A DNA stretch of 5,690 nt from positions 1-5,690 of IMG/VR virus record IMGVR_UViG_3300045988_010267; one strand, 5' to 3'. The notes under the pieces were generated by a model that was not told the DNA's origin, did no database searches, and worked only from the letters and a program-made list of their open reading frames with translations. Origin of the DNA: a virus. The translations under genes were made by a program, and so were the position numbers. Of this stretch, positions 4,761 to 5,690 are shown in pieces (position 1 is the first letter of the stretch; each line of letters begins with the position of its first letter).

Positions 4761-5690
4761 ATGGGATGCAATAAACCATTAATCCGGTTTTATGTGCCTC
4801 ATGACAGAGAGGCGAGCGGGCGAGTGTACTCGCTCGCTTCTTTTAATAAGACGCATAAGGCAAATCTTAAATATGAAGACCTAATGTACAGAAAAGATGT
4901 AATGTTGATACCATGCGGACAATGTACCGGATGCAGACTACGCAAACGAAAAGACTGGTCAACGCGAATGGAACTAGAAGCATACGGCCACAACAAAGAA
5001 ACCATCTGGTTTATTACACTGACCTACGACGATGACCACGTACCAACACAGGATACAGAAACAGGCGAAATCTATAAAGGCGGCATAAACATCTGGAAAG
5101 GCACCTCAGAGCGCCCTAGAACGGCACAAACACTGAGCGTAGAGGATACCCAACTATTTATAAAAAGGCTCAGAAAGGCCGTCAAAGAGCCTCTCAGATA
5201 CTTTTTAGCGGGAGAATACGGAGACAACACAGCAAGACCACACTATCATATGATACTATATGGATGGCATCCAGACGACTTAAAACCAATCCACAAATTA
5301 TCAAGACACGGTCATTATACAAGCGATAAGCTAGTAAAAATCTGGGGACAAGGCACAGTTGACATCGCACAAGCAACGCCGGAAACATATAATTATGTTG
5401 CAGGGTATGTGACCAAGAAACTGTACGGTAACGACAAAAAGCGTTACCAAAAAATGGGTTTAATACCACCATTTTGCACCATGAGCCGCAAGCCGGGACT
5501 CGGTGACAAGTGGTTTCAAGACAACCAAGAACGACTCTGGCAACAGGGATATATACAACTAACCAACGGCAAAAGAGCCGCAATACCGGAATACTACTGG
5601 CGCAAACTGGAAGCAGAGAACCCCGAAAAAGCATGGAGAATCAAGAAATACAGACAAGAAAAAGCCATTGCTTCCCTAATTGAAAAAAAC
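4761..5690 (+). CDS. VP4: Replication initiator VP4 (HUH rolling-circle endonuclease); 3'-partial in the window, continuing at 96-185
   Basis: The frame is open from ATG 4761 to the window end (310 codons) and is missing from the ORF track because it has no stop. Motifs seen are PCGQCTGCR (Cys cluster), FITLTYD (motif 1), HYHMILYG (HUH, 5241-5261) and YVAGYVTKK (paired catalytic Tyr, Y-x3-Y, 5394-5420). Confidence 0.95.
   Translation, partial: MGCNKPLIRFYVPHDREASGRVYSLASFNKTHKANLKYEDLMYRKDVMLIPCGQCTGCRLRKRKDWSTRMELEAYGHNKETIWFITLTYDDDHVPTQDTETGEIYKGGINIWKGTSERPRTAQTLSVEDTQLFIKRLRKAVKEPLRYFLAGEYGDNTARPHYHMILYGWHPDDLKPIHKLSRHGHYTSDKLVKIWGQGTVDIAQATPETYNYVAGYVTKKLYGNDKKRYQKMGLIPPFCTMSRKPGLGDKWFQDNQERLWQQGYIQLTNGKRAAIPEYYWRKLEAENPEKAWRIKKYRQEKAIASLIEKN
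5596..5690. repeat. Terminal redundancy (right copy), identical to 1-95
   Basis: There is 95/95 identity with the window start. Confidence 0.95.

Noticed and set aside
4334-4771. 145-aa minus-strand ORF inside VP2 (also 3916..4152 and 4113..4337)
   Set aside because: It is antisense to the low-complexity, A/G/S-rich VP2 region, which naturally lacks stops on the opposite strand. There are no expression signals.
5359-5393. TTGACA (5359-5364) and TATAAT (5388-5393) inside VP4 as an internal promoter
   Set aside because: The spacer is 23 nt, far from the 16-18 nt optimum, so the match is probably coincidental.
5194-5634. 146-aa minus-strand ORF inside VP4 (also 4799..5005)
   Set aside because: It is antisense to the HUH and catalytic-Tyr motif region of Rep. 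It is a shadow ORF with no RBS or promoter.

Overview
The window is a complete circular Microviridae (Gokushovirinae-like) ssDNA phage genome. Bases 1-95 are identical to bases 5596-5690, so the unit genome is 5,595 nt and has been linearised inside the replication-initiator gene. All credible genes are on the + strand. They appear to form one long transcription unit, from a consensus sigma70-type promoter (631-659) to a strong intrinsic terminator (197-245, after wrap-around). The gene order after the promoter is as follows. First come three small unknown ORFs of 59, about 35 and 78 aa. Then come a 39-aa highly basic J/ORF8-like DNA-binding protein and a 42-aa single-pass membrane ORF that is absent from the ORF track. 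These are followed by a VP5-like nonstructural protein, the VP3 internal scaffold and the VP1 major capsid protein. After a hairpin come the VP2 pilot protein and the VP4 HUH rolling-circle Rep, which runs off the 3' end and finishes at 185. Two things are most unusual for such a compact virus. One is a roughly 500-nt noncoding region (186-683) with origin-like architecture. It holds a CG/CA alternating repeat, an AT-rich tract, eight same-orientation TGTTGAAA iterons flanking a hairpin, and a GC-rich nested hairpin. The other is a set of sub-threshold, translationally coupled small genes, including a candidate lysis or membrane protein. All functional calls rest on motif recognition by eye, because no database search was possible.
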